Part shown: one piece after another, positions 51,394-61,527 of the stretch
Position numbering within the stretch: position 1 is the first letter of the stretch
Layout: each line of letters opens with the position of its first letter
Assembly (NCBI GenBank): GCA_965213625.1
Contig: CBDBZU010000004.1
Coordinates: forward strand, 2,560,001-2,624,000
Length of the DNA stretch: 64,000 nt
Source: a bacterium
GTDB taxonomy: Bacteria > UBA8248
Direction: 5' to 3'
The notes under the pieces: generated by a model
The model's database searches: none
What the model was told of the DNA's origin: nothing
What the model saw: the letters and a program-made list of their open reading frames with translations, nothing else
Program-made: the position numbers and the translations under genes

Positions 51394-51745
51394 TGCAAAA
51401 TAAAACTCTTGCGAATCATTTTTGCTCCTCCTGAAACTTCATCCTTCGGCACCTCTAACATTGAATTAATTTAATGTAATTACAATACACTTAATTATGT
51501 GGTAACAAAAAATTGTTGTCAACCCAAATTTACAGAAATCGTTGCTTGATCCGGTTTTGGTTGCACCCCCCACTCCACCCCCAAACCTTGCCGTGATTTT
51601 CCAGCCGTGCTAGGTTTCCGGCTCATGGAATCTGAATGACTGGGTATCTTGCGAGAAATTGCATCAGGAAAACATTGCAACTTGCTGATATATTTCAGAT
51701 AACGGACACGGCTATTTCTATCAAACACCACTCTTGAGGAATTTC

Positions 51746-52921
51746 ATGGCGTCAATCAATATCGAACGCGCGCACAGGCTCAAGCGCTTGCCTCCCTATC
51801 TCTTCGCGGAAATCGACCGGATGAAGGCGGAAGTCGCCGATTCGGGCATGGACATCATCAGTCTCGGCATCGGCGACCCGGATTTGCCGACCCCTGGTCA
51901 CATCATCGAAGAACTCGACGTGGCTTCGCGAAGGCTCACGAACCACCAGTATCCCTCCTACGAGGGCTTGCCCTCCTACCGCAAGGCCGTGGCCGACTGG
52001 TACGGGTCGCGCTTCGGGGTATCGCTCGACCCGGCTTCTGAGGTCATCTCCCTGATCGGCTCGAAAGAGGGCATCGCGCATATTCCGCTTGCGTTCGTGG
52101 ACCCCGGCGACACCGTGCTCGTGCCGGACCCGGCCTATCCCGTCTACGAGATAGGCACCTATTTCGCGGACGGCAAGGTGCACTTCATGCCCCTCACGGC
52201 GGAAAACGATTTCCTGCCCGATCTGGGCGCGATTCCCTCCGACGTGGCGAAAAACACGAAACTCATGTTCATCAACTACCCGAACAACCCCACCGCCGCC
52301 TGCGCGGAAGTTGATTTCTACAACGAGCTCGTCGAGTTCGCCCGCACGTATGACATCATCGTGTGCAGCGACAACGCCTACTCCGAAATGGCCTTTGACG
52401 GCTACGAGCCCATCAGCTTCTTAAACGCCGAGGGCGCCAAGGACGTGGGCGTCGAGTTCCACTCGTGTTCGAAGACCTACAACATGACGGGCTGGCGCAT
52501 CGCGAGCGCCGTGGGGAACGCGGAAGTCCTGGCGGGCCTGGGCGCCATCAAGACGAACGTGGATTCCGGCGTGTTCGGCGCTGTGCAGGAAGCGGGCATC
52601 AAGGCGATGAGCGCGGATCAGACATGCGTGGCCGATATGCGCAAGATGTACCAGGGCAGGCGCGACGTCGTGATGGAGGGGCTTAAAAAACTCGGCCTCG
52701 AAGCCAATACGCCCAAGGCCACGTTCTATGTATGGGTGCGGTGCCCCGAGGGCTTCACGTCGAGCGAGTTCACGGCGCACGTTCTCAGGAATTGCGGCGT
52801 CGTCACCACGCCGGGGAACGGTTTCGGTCCCTCAGGGGAGGGATATATCCGTTTCGCCCTGACGGTTCCGGAAGCCAGGCTCAAAGAGGCGCTCGATAGA
52901 ATCGAGAAGACAGGCTTTTGA
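51746..52921 (+). CDS. dapL: LL-diaminopimelate aminotransferase (class I PLP)
   Basis: LPPYLF, GIGDPD, GSKEG, NYPNNPT, DNAYSE and [10 protein letters not shown] motifs; context dapB...folK. Confidence 0.78.
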   Translation: MASINIERAHRLKRLPPYLFAEIDRMKAEVADSGMDIISLGIGDPDLPTPGHIIEELDVASRRLTNHQYPSYEGLPSYRKAVADWYGSRFGVSLDPASEVISLIGSKEGIAHIPLAFVDPGDTVLVPDPAYPVYEIGTYFADGKVHFMPLTAENDFLPDLGAIPSDVAKNTKLMFINYPNNPTAACAEVDFYNELVEFARTYDIIVCSDNAYSEMAFDGYEPISFLNAEGAKDVGVEFHSCSKTYNMTGWRIASAVGNAEVLAGLGAIKTNVDSGVFGAVQEAGIKAMSADQTCVADMRKMYQGRRDVVMEGLKKLGLEANTPKATFYVWVRCPEGFTSSEFTAHVLRNCGVVTTPGNGFGPSGEGYIRFALTVPEARLKEALDRIEKTGF

Positions 52922-53427
52922 GCGAAAAGGCGCGCGCCTATATCGGCGCGGGCGCCAATCTGGGCGAGCCGGTTCGTCAACTCGGGCAAGCTATTGAGGA
53001 ATTGCGCCAAAGCCGGAGTATCAAATTTCTCGGCGCCTCGTCTTTTTATCGTACGCAGCCCATGGGTCCCGTCGAACAGCCCCCTTTCATCAACGCCGTT
53101 TTTTCGCTCGAATGCGGTATGAGCCCGCAGGAATTGCTCGCGCTCATTCTGGATATTGAACAAAAGATGGGGCGCGTAAGAGGGGAGCGGTGGGGTCCCC
53201 GGTTGATCGACCTGGACCTGCTCTTCTACGGCGATGCGGTCATCGAGGAACAGGGTCTGGAAGTTCCGCACCCCAGGTTGCACGAGAGGCGCTTCGTCCT
53301 CACGCCCTTGGCCGAAATCGCACCCGGCCTCGTTCATCCCGTCATCAAGAAATCCGTTTTAGAACTCCTGGCCGAGCTTCCTGCGGGGGATTTCTGGGTC
53401 GAGAAGCTGGAATTGGAATCCCCGTGA
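52918..53427 (+). CDS. folK: 6-hydroxymethyl-7,8-dihydropterin pyrophosphokinase
   Basis: GANLG, FIN, WGPR.IDLDLL and PHPRL.ER.FVL.PL motifs. Confidence 0.96.
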   Translation: MSEKARAYIGAGANLGEPVRQLGQAIEELRQSRSIKFLGASSFYRTQPMGPVEQPPFINAVFSLECGMSPQELLALILDIEQKMGRVRGERWGPRLIDLDLLFYGDAVIEEQGLEVPHPRLHERRFVLTPLAEIAPGLVHPVIKKSVLELLAELPAGDFWVEKLELESP

Positions 53428-53460
53428 AGCCTGTGCCGCCTCCTAGGGGCAACCATTTTT

Positions 53461-53685
53461 GGGGTTGGTGAAATAGTCCTCCTTGAAGGGAAACTGCCTA
53501 TAGCGCATTCGTCGCCCTTGTCTGTAAGACCATCTTCATCCCGAGTAGGCGCGTTTGCGCGCCGTATCGAGGGAGCGCGCCCTTCGATACGCCGCCTGCG
53601 GCGGCTACTCAGGGTGAGGTAGATATTGTGCTATATGAGATGATGGGAACGCCCTGTTGCCAGAACCAGGATATTCAACAACTCC
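53461..53685. mobile_element. Putative MITE-like element with imperfect TIRs and an internal branched palindrome
   Basis: GGGGTTGGTGAAATAGTCC ... GGATATTCAACAACTCC; internal TCATCCCGAGTAG..CGTATCGAGGG / CCCTTCGATACG..CTACTCAGGGTGA (53536-53617). Confidence 0.5.
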
Positions 53686-53782
53686 TTGTTTTCAGGGTCT
53701 TGTTTTTCCCTCTGAATTTTAAGAAGATAGACTACCGCCGCCCGCAACGGTGCGTGTTGCCCGTTCTGTCCCGAGATTCCCG

Positions 53783-54637
53783 ATGAAAGTTGTCGATACG
53801 CCTCAAAATATGCGTGAAGTGGCCGAAACTCTCAGGCGGGAAAATGCCCCGCTCGGGTTGGTGCCCACGATGGGAGCGCTGCACGAGGGGCACAAGAGCC
53901 TTATCGCGCGCGCGATGAGCGAAAGCGGCGCCGTCGTCGTGAGTATTTTCGTGAATCCGGCCCAGTTCGCAGCCGGAGAGGATTACGACACCTACCCGAG
54001 GACTTTCGAGGCGGATTTGGAAGCCTGCCGGGAGATGGGCGCAGCTTTCGTCTATGCGCCCAAGGCAAGTTCCATGTACCCCGGCGGATACGACACCTGG
54101 GTGGACGTGCCCGGTCTGGGCGCGCCTCTTTGCGGGGCGCACCGGGCAGGACACTTCCGGGGCGTCGCCACGGTCGTGCTCAAGCTGTTCACCGCCTGTC
54201 TTCCGCACCGGGCGTATTTCGGAGAGAAGGATTATCAGCAACTCGTCCTGATCCGCCGGATGGCGGATGATCTGGATTTAGGCGTTGAGATTGTTCCCTG
54301 CCCGATAGTCCGCGAAGACGACGGGATGGCGCTCAGCAGCAGGAACGCCTATTTATCGGATGATGAGCGGTTTCGCGCGCGCGCCATCAGCGGCGCCTTG
54401 TTCGATGCGAAAAAGAAGGTGGCGGCCGGGGAGAGATTGAGCGCCGCCCTCATTCAGTCTTGCATGGATGAACTCGAAAAAGTGGGGTCTCGGGTCGATT
54501 ATGTGGAAATCGTGGACCCGGCGACACTCGAAAAGGTAGAACAAATCAACGGCGCCGCCCGGATGGCCGTGGCGGCCTATATCGGCGAAACCAGGCTTAT
54601 CGACAACATCTCATTGGAGCCTGACGATGAGGCGTAG
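53783..54637 (+). CDS. panC: Pantoate--beta-alanine ligase
   Basis: VPTMGALHEGH, SIFVNP.QF, GEKDYQQ, ALSSRN and RLIDN motifs. Confidence 0.97.
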   Translation: MKVVDTPQNMREVAETLRRENAPLGLVPTMGALHEGHKSLIARAMSESGAVVVSIFVNPAQFAAGEDYDTYPRTFEADLEACREMGAAFVYAPKASSMYPGGYDTWVDVPGLGAPLCGAHRAGHFRGVATVVLKLFTACLPHRAYFGEKDYQQLVLIRRMADDLDLGVEIVPCPIVREDDGMALSSRNAYLSDDERFRARAISGALFDAKKKVAAGERLSAALIQSCMDELEKVGSRVDYVEIVDPATLEKVEQINGAARMAVAAYIGETRLIDNISLEPDDEA

Positions 54638-57290
54638 TCTTTTCATTATTGCGGCGTTCTTCCTTGCGGGGTCCGTGTTGGCGCCGATTACACCTGCCCG
54701 GGCGCAGTTCAAGGAAACGCCGCAGTCTCATCTGGAATTCGGCCTGAACACCTACCGGGACGGGTTTTACGAGCCCGCGATAGACGCCTTCAGGGACTAC
54801 CTGAAAGCGGCGGGGAACAGCAAAGCGGCTTCTATCGTGCGCTATCTCCTCGCCGAGGCGCTTCGTCGTGACGACAGGCTCAAAGAGGCGATCGCCGCGT
54901 ATCAGGAGTTTTTGAAGCGGCATCCCCGTCACGAAAGGGCCGGCGAGGTTCAGTTCCGAATCGGAGTGCTCGCCGAGCGGGTCGGGGAGAGGAAAGAGGC
55001 GATACGCGCCTATTCTTCCGTCAAACCCGGGCGCTACCGTATAGAGGCCGTCTACCGGGTCGCCGCGCTCAGGCTGGCGGCGCGCGAGTGGCGCGGTGCG
55101 GTAATCGCGCTCGATGAATTCATCAAGTCGGCGCCCAAAGACCCCCGCGTGGAGAATGCCCTGTTCGAGCGGGCCATTGCTCTTGATCACATACCGCTGA
55201 TTAGGGAGGCCGAGAAGGCGTACAGCCTGGTCGTGCGCCGTTATCCGCGCAATCCGAGAACGCACGCCTTCAGGCTTCGGCTTGCGAAAATTCAACTGCA
55301 ACTCAAGAAGTTCGGCTCGGCGGAAAAGACGTTCGAGTCATTGTTTCAGGGAAAACCCGGAGAGAAAAAACGCGCGGACCTGAGGCTGGGCCAGGCCGCG
55401 AGCTTGTTCGCGCAAAAGAAGTACAAGAAGGCGGGTGCGGCATTCGAAGCAGTTCTTGGCATGAAACTTTCAGAAACACAGCGCACGACGGCGGAGCGGG
55501 GTCTGGCGTCTTCCTGGTGGCGCGCCGGTGAATACGCGAAAGCCGCACCGGCCTATCAACGGTTGATTCGGGAGCCGGCCGAGGATGGGGCCTACTTCTT
55601 GTTTTTCTTGCAAAGTGTGGAGAAGGCGGGGCTTTGCGCGGAGGGAGGTGGGAAATATCTCGCTTTTGCGCTCGACGCCCTCGGCAAAGGCGCGCCGCTG
55701 CCGTCTTCTTCACGCTTCCGGTTGGCGGATTGCCTGCTTGGCGCGCGCTTGAAGAAAGAGGCGCTGAGCCAATACGACGAACTCATCCAAAGTGCGCCGA
55801 ACACGCTTGAGGCCGTATGGTCCGGACTGCGTCTGGCAGAGTTTCTCGAAAAAGAGCCGAAGCGAAACACGCAAGAACTGCTCCAGCGGTATCGGCAGAT
55901 ATTGGCGTCATTCGACGAACTCGGAAAAACGGAGAAAAAACTCGAGCCCGAACTCATGCGGGCCGTATACCAAGGCGTACTAAGGGCGGCGTTCATCCAT
56001 AATGCGCAAAAGGATTGCGGCAGGTCCGTTGCTCTGGTGAAAGTGGTTCCCGAAGCGTATGTTCCCCGGACCTTGCGCTCCGAAGTGGCCTTCCTGAGAG
56101 CCGAATGCGCATGGGGGGCGGGTGAATTCGATGAAGCGGACAAGCATTATCGTCAAGTAGCCTCAGGCTCAAGGCGCCCCGAACTCGTCATCCGGGCGCG
56201 GTACCGGCTGGGCGAGTTGTCGGAGAAGCGTGGAGACAAGAAAGAGGCCTTGAAGCGTTTTCAGGGCGTTTTGCCGCATCTTCCCGAAGAACTGAAGCGC
56301 GAGGCGCGCCTCAAAATCGGCAACCTGTATCGTGCGCAAGGCGATTTTCAGAATGCGCGCACGTTTCTCCTCCCGCTCGCGGGCGATGAGGCGGTGAGCG
56401 CCTCAAAGAGGCGTTCGATCTGGTATTTCCTGGCGCGAAATGCTGTCAGCGCGCGAGACTGGAACGGTGCGGATGCGGCCTTCTCATCCTGGGATGCGCT
56501 CTCTCCGTCCGATCCCGGCGAGGGGCTCAGGCTGTGGTCGCTCGTGTTGTTCGAGCAAAAAGACTGCGCTCGCGCCTTGAAGATATCGGGGCGGGCGCTG
56601 CCGCATGAAATGACGAAGAACGAAAAATTGGCATTGCGCCGGCTTCGCGCGGCGTGTTTGCTGAAAGAGAATAATCTGGAGGAATTTACAAGTGAACTGC
56701 GCCATGTTCTGGCCCTGGCTCCACATGACGCCGAGGTGGCGCTGAGGTTGGGCGAAGCTTATGAGAACTTGGGGGATGGTGACAAAGCCGCTCGAGCCTA
56801 TACGGATTTTCTCGGCAAATTTCCTGAAATCGACAAAGCGGGTATGGTGGCCTTGCGGCTCGGTACGATTGAACTGCAAAGAAAACAGCCCGAAGCGGCT
56901 TCGGCGGCCTTTCGTATCGCCGCAAAATCGGATGACGGGAACATTTCGGGCCCCGCGTTGTTTCAAATCGCAGTGCGGTTTGAGAAAGAGGGGGAATGGA
57001 ACAAGGCGCTCGATATTTTCGAGTCGCTGATGCGCTCGGGTCCAGGTCATAGAGAGTGGGTGCGCCTGGCGACTTGGCGCGCTGCGGCGATACGTGAATC
57101 GCGTCAGGAGTGGAAGAAGGCCATCGGCCATTACCGAAGCATTGCGGCGCTCGCGAATGGAGATGCTTCGGCGCGGATGGGCGAGGAAATCAAGAAAGCG
57201 AGACTGAGAATTCACAAAATCGAGTCTTTTTTGGCTTCTGTCAAAGAACGTGAATGGAAAATGAAAAATCAAAAGCCGATGCTTCGATGA
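54627..57290 (+). CDS. Large exported tetratricopeptide-repeat protein
   Basis: Signal peptide ending ARA-Q; repeated TPR helices (A..AYQEFLKRHP...). Confidence 0.8.
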   Translation: MRRSLFIIAAFFLAGSVLAPITPARAQFKETPQSHLEFGLNTYRDGFYEPAIDAFRDYLKAAGNSKAASIVRYLLAEALRRDDRLKEAIAAYQEFLKRHPRHERAGEVQFRIGVLAERVGERKEAIRAYSSVKPGRYRIEAVYRVAALRLAAREWRGAVIALDEFIKSAPKDPRVENALFERAIALDHIPLIREAEKAYSLVVRRYPRNPRTHAFRLRLAKIQLQLKKFGSAEKTFESLFQGKPGEKKRADLRLGQAASLFAQKKYKKAGAAFEAVLGMKLSETQRTTAERGLASSWWRAGEYAKAAPAYQRLIREPAEDGAYFLFFLQSVEKAGLCAEGGGKYLAFALDALGKGAPLPSSSRFRLADCLLGARLKKEALSQYDELIQSAPNTLEAVWSGLRLAEFLEKEPKRNTQELLQRYRQILASFDELGKTEKKLEPELMRAVYQGVLRAAFIHNAQKDCGRSVALVKVVPEAYVPRTLRSEVAFLRAECAWGAGEFDEADKHYRQVASGSRRPELVIRARYRLGELSEKRGDKKEALKRFQGVLPHLPEELKREARLKIGNLYRAQGDFQNARTFLLPLAGDEAVSASKRRSIWYFLARNAVSARDWNGADAAFSSWDALSPSDPGEGLRLWSLVLFEQKDCARALKISGRALPHEMTKNEKLALRRLRAACLLKENNLEEFTSELRHVLALAPHDAEVALRLGEAYENLGDGDKAARAYTDFLGKFPEIDKAGMVALRLGTIELQRKQPEAASAAFRIAAKSDDGNISGPALFQIAVRFEKEGEWNKALDIFESLMRSGPGHREWVRLATWRAAAIRESRQEWKKAIGHYRSIAALANGDASARMGEEIKKARLRIHKIESFLASVKEREWKMKNQKPMLR

Positions 57291-57297
57291 GGGATAT

Positions 57298-60200
57298 ATG
57301 ATGTGTTTCGCGCCGTTAAATTTCCGGTGCAGGTTTCTGCTTGGCCTGGTGGTCATTTTCTGTGGCTGTTTGAGTGCGGGAAGCGCCGCGTCGGCGCAGG
57401 GAGGAAACGCCGCCGGCGTGAAACAACTCACCATTTCCTTGCCCGAAGTCGTGGTGGAATCGCCCAATATAGAGCACCTCATCGCGGCTCGCGTGCGCCC
57501 CGTCCCGCCTAAGCGACTGGGCGTTCGTCTTCCCGCCGTTTTTGTAGAGATTGAAACGCCACCGATTCGTCTGCCTGTCCGCCCGATTCCACATGAGAAA
57601 AAACCGGACCTGGATTTGACGCAACTCTACAGTAGTTTGTCGGATGACTTTATCGGAGAGAATGAACACTTCAACACGGCGTATGCCTATCTGCAAAAAG
57701 GCTCGCCCGTCGAGGCGCTCGCTCTATTCGATGCATTGGCGAAAAAAACGGAGCTTCATTTCTGGCGTGCGGCGGCGCTCTTCTGGGCGGGAGAGACGCT
57801 ACTGGCTTTAAGAAAACCTCAGGAGGCGAGGGATAGAAGAGAGAGGTTGTTGAACTCGTTTATGACCGACGGTATGCGCTATGTGGCGGCCGCCAGATAC
57901 GCCCTGGCGCAGGAGCGTTGCGAGGTGCGTGATTACGAGGGATGCCTCAGCCTGCTGGAAGGGCAAACATGGGAAAAGGATATACTTGCTTATGAGCAGG
58001 CGATTTTCCTGAAAGGCTGGGCGCAGGCGAAAGCAGGTTCCGTCGATGATGCGATTGATACATGGACGGTGCTTGCCAATGATAAAGGGCGCCTCGCGTC
58101 TCAGGCCCTTGTGGCGCTCGGACATCTTCACCTTCAAAGAAAAAACTATGCACAGGCGGAAAGACGCTATGTCGCGGCCGAGGCGCTCGGTTCAGACAAA
58201 GGCGAGTCTGGTGATGCGCTTCAGGGAGATGCGCTCTACGGCGTCGGCTGGACGCGATTGTTCCTGGGCAGAACCGAAGAAGCAAAACGCGCTTTTTCCC
58301 GTTTTATGCGCCGTCATCCGAAGCATATCCTCAAAGTTTTCGTGCAGGCGGGTTTGCTTTCCGCTGAAATCGAATCGCTCCAAAAATCCCGGAAAGGCCT
58401 GGACACGTTAAAAGCCGGCCTGGAGGGATTTTCTCGCGCCAATCGCCGAAAAACGCTCGACGGCGCCTTGCGCCTGCAAATGGCCTGGAAGCTGTTCCGG
58501 ATCGGGGGGTATGGAGAAGCGTCCGTTCTGGCGGGAAAGGTGAGCGATGAGTTCCCGCTCGGCAGGATCTACCGCATCGCGAGGGTCGTGGAAGGCCTCT
58601 CCCGATACCATCTCGGCAAAGTGAAGCGCGCCTACGGGATTCTGCGGCAGGGTGCTGATTACCCGCCGGTTTCCGTTCACCGGCTGGCGGAGCAGGATGC
58701 CGCTCGTTCTGCGGCCATGGGAACGGCATTTGCCGCATTCAGGCTCCGGGATTTCAGGGGCGCTTTGAATGTGCTGAAACATTGGGCTTTCCTGCCGGAG
58801 AGAGGATCCTCGGTTTCCCCGGATGGTCTGGCCATTTTGTGGTACGCAGAGGCGGCCTTCGAATTGGGCAATCTCGATGAGGCTGCTCGCGCCTTCCGGG
58901 CGGTTCCCGAGCGGACCCCCGAGTATTACCGCGCCCTGGGTGGGCTTGCGTGGGTTCAGTACAGTAAGAAGAACTGGAAAGAAGCGGCGCTCGCCTTCGA
59001 TCGCGTATTCGAGCATAAGCCGGGTGGCGTCGTGGCGGCGGAAGCGCTCGCGCGTGCGGGAGAGGCCCGCTTTAACCTTAGAAACTATGACGGCGCCTTA
59101 CAATCTTTCGAGCGAATCGAGAGGAAGTACAGAGGCAGCGACGTCGCAAAGGAAGCGTTGTACCAGAAGGCGAAATTGCTGTTCAGGCGCAGTCGTTTCG
59201 GTGCGGCGGAGAAGAACTTCCATGTCTTTTTGAAGCGCTACCCCAAGAGCAAAGCGGTGGTCGAGGTAAAATATTTTCTGGCGCTGATTCCTTTCCGAAA
59301 GGGCGATTATCCCCAGGCGCGCAAGAAACTTCTTGAATTTCGTGAATCATATCCAGGTTCCTCCTTGGCGGGAGACGCATATTTACGCCAGGCCGACTCA
59401 TCCTACAACGAAGGCCGCTACAGGGAAGCGAATCTCTTATACCGCCTGATGATGAATAAATATCCTGATCACCTGAAATTCTCCGAAGCCGTCTATGGCC
59501 GTTTGCTCAGCCATCTTCAACTCGGGGAATATGCGAAATTCTTGTCAGGCGCGCGGGAGTATATTGAAAGCTATCCGGAGAACAACCTGAGCATTTCCCT
59601 GGCATTTCAGATTGGTGAGGTTTTGCTCACGCAGAGGGACACGGCAGGCGCCCTGAAGGCGTACAAGGATGTCGTCACGCTATACCCCGACAACGATTTG
59701 GCCGCTCATGCCCTGCTGCGAGTGGCGGGCATACACCGAAGCAAAAAAGATATCGACAAAGCCCTCGATTCATACGAGACTTTGTTGACCCGGAATCCGG
59801 CGGGTGGTTTCCGCGCCGACGGGCTTTTCGGCGTGGGGGAAACGCTGGCGGGCATCGGGCGGTGCGCGGAGGCGAAACTGAGACTCACTGAATTTTTGGA
59901 GACATTTCCTGGACATGACTACGAAATGCTGGCCCGATTCGCCCTGGGACGCTGCCTGGTTCGGCTGGTCGAAAACGGCGCGGCGCTCTCTCACTTTGTG
60001 CTGGTCATGAACAATGAGTTCGCAGGATTGGCCCTGCGGAGCCAATCTGGCCTCCTGGCGGCCGAGCTATACAGGAAGCAGAGAAAATACGCCGATGCGC
60101 AGCGCGCGCTAAGCGCTGTCATCGAGTTTGGAGCGCCGGATCTTGCGGCGGAGGCTTATTTCGCGCACGCCCGGATATCCTCTGAACGAAGAGTTCCAGG

Positions 60201-60432
60201 CGCGGCGGCCGAGTACTTGAAGTTGACCTATCGATACCCGGATCAGAAGATATGGGTCGCGCGGGCATTGAGGCGGGCGGGTCAGTTGTATGAAAAAGCA
60301 GGGAAGCGCACGCTTGCCCTCCGGATTTTCCAGAAGATGAGCAAAGTGGTGGAAGATCCCGCATGGAAGCGAAGAGCCCGAAACGCCATCAGACGAATTA
60401 CGAAAAAAACCAGGAAGCGTGCAAGACGGTGA
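57298..60432 (+). CDS. Large exported TPR protein with a Pro-rich N-terminus and CpoB/BamD-like repeats
   Basis: Signal peptide ending ASA-Q, LPEVVVES, Pro-rich segment, many YP.S-type TPRs. Confidence 0.8.
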   Translation: MMCFAPLNFRCRFLLGLVVIFCGCLSAGSAASAQGGNAAGVKQLTISLPEVVVESPNIEHLIAARVRPVPPKRLGVRLPAVFVEIETPPIRLPVRPIPHEKKPDLDLTQLYSSLSDDFIGENEHFNTAYAYLQKGSPVEALALFDALAKKTELHFWRAAALFWAGETLLALRKPQEARDRRERLLNSFMTDGMRYVAAARYALAQERCEVRDYEGCLSLLEGQTWEKDILAYEQAIFLKGWAQAKAGSVDDAIDTWTVLANDKGRLASQALVALGHLHLQRKNYAQAERRYVAAEALGSDKGESGDALQGDALYGVGWTRLFLGRTEEAKRAFSRFMRRHPKHILKVFVQAGLLSAEIESLQKSRKGLDTLKAGLEGFSRANRRKTLDGALRLQMAWKLFRIGGYGEASVLAGKVSDEFPLGRIYRIARVVEGLSRYHLGKVKRAYGILRQGADYPPVSVHRLAEQDAARSAAMGTAFAAFRLRDFRGALNVLKHWAFLPERGSSVSPDGLAILWYAEAAFELGNLDEAARAFRAVPERTPEYYRALGGLAWVQYSKKNWKEAALAFDRVFEHKPGGVVAAEALARAGEARFNLRNYDGALQSFERIERKYRGSDVAKEALYQKAKLLFRRSRFGAAEKNFHVFLKRYPKSKAVVEVKYFLALIPFRKGDYPQARKKLLEFRESYPGSSLAGDAYLRQADSSYNEGRYREANLLYRLMMNKYPDHLKFSEAVYGRLLSHLQLGEYAKFLSGAREYIESYPENNLSISLAFQIGEVLLTQRDTAGALKAYKDVVTLYPDNDLAAHALLRVAGIHRSKKDIDKALDSYETLLTRNPAGGFRADGLFGVGETLAGIGRCAEAKLRLTEFLETFPGHDYEMLARFALGRCLVRLVENGAALSHFVLVMNNEFAGLALRSQSGLLAAELYRKQRKYADAQRALSAVIEFGAPDLAAEAYFAHARISSERRVPGAAAEYLKLTYRYPDQKIWVARALRRAGQLYEKAGKRTLALRIFQKMSKVVEDPAWKRRARNAIRRITKKTRKRARR

Positions 60433-60469
60433 TAATCGAAGGCTCCCATATACTTAAAGGGGCAAATTG

Positions 60470-61069
60470 ATGTTTGAATTTTTGGCCAGAGGCGGGGTGT
60501 TGATGATTCCGCTGGGCGTTTGCTCCATCTTGGCCGTGGCCATCATCCTGGAGCGGACGCTGAATCTACGCACCCAGAAGATCATTCAACTCGATATTCT
60601 GCAGCAGGTCAGGGATCTGGTTGCGGAGAACCAGGTGTCTGACGCCATGACCCTTTGCCGACGCTATCCTTCGGTCATGGGCAGGATACTGCTCGTCACG
60701 ATAGCGAGTCACGATAGGAATCGGGAAGAACTCCGCTCCGTCGTGGAGGACGCGGGCAGGCAGGAGGTGACCACGCTCGACAGGAACCTGGGCGCCTTGG
60801 GAACGATTGCCGCCATTGCACCGCTGCTGGGGCTGACGGGTACGGTGTTCGGCATGATTCGCACCTTCGCCATCATCAGCGAAAAGGGAATCGCTCATCC
60901 CAGCCAACTCGCCGGCGGCATCAGCGAGGCCCTTATCACGACGGCAACCGGACTCGTCATCGCAATTCCCACGCTCATTTTCTACAACTATTTCACCAAC
61001 AAGGCGGACCGCCTCATCCTGGAAATCGAAAAGCACTCCTACCGGGTCGTCGAGACGCTGAAGAGGTGA
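60470..61069 (+). CDS. exbB: MotA/TolQ/ExbB proton channel protein
   Basis: APLLGLTGTV.GMI..F and GISEAL.TTA.GL..AIP motifs. Confidence 0.88.
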   Translation: MFEFLARGGVLMIPLGVCSILAVAIILERTLNLRTQKIIQLDILQQVRDLVAENQVSDAMTLCRRYPSVMGRILLVTIASHDRNREELRSVVEDAGRQEVTTLDRNLGALGTIAAIAPLLGLTGTVFGMIRTFAIISEKGIAHPSQLAGGISEALITTATGLVIAIPTLIFYNYFTNKADRLILEIEKHSYRVVETLKR

Positions 61070-61076
61070 GCATGCG

Positions 61077-61502
61077 ATGAAATTTCGAGATCTCAGGCGC
61101 GTACGGGCCGAGCCCGGCATGACGGCCATGATCGACATCATTTTCCTGCTGCTGTTGTTCTTTGTCCTGAGTTCTTCATTCGTTTTGCAGCCGGGCGTCA
61201 AGGTGGAGTTGCCGCGGACCGTCACGCAGGAACACCCCGTCCGCAAGGATTTGATCCTCATTATCTCGCGTGATGAAAGGGTGTTTCTGAATAATGATCA
61301 GGTGCCCCTGAAATCGCTCTGGGGCCGGTTGATAGAAGAGCTGAAAGTACAGCCCGAAGGCATGATGATCATTCGAGCGGACAAGGGCGTGCCGCATGGT
61401 CTCGTGGTGCAGGTGATGGATATCGCCAAACAGGCGGGCGCCCTGCGCATGTCCATCGCGACGGCGCCGACGAAACGGGTGCAGAAAAAGAACACGCAAT
61501 AG
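61077..61502 (+). CDS. exbD: ExbD/TolR family protein
   Basis: MTAMIDIIFLLL.FF (essential Asp), V.LP and IRAD..V.HG.VV.VMD motifs. Confidence 0.9.
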   Translation: MKFRDLRRVRAEPGMTAMIDIIFLLLLFFVLSSSFVLQPGVKVELPRTVTQEHPVRKDLILIISRDERVFLNNDQVPLKSLWGRLIEELKVQPEGMMIIRADKGVPHGLVVQVMDIAKQAGALRMSIATAPTKRVQKKNTQ

Positions 61503-61527
61503 CCCGAGGGAGGCAGGCTCAAATACC

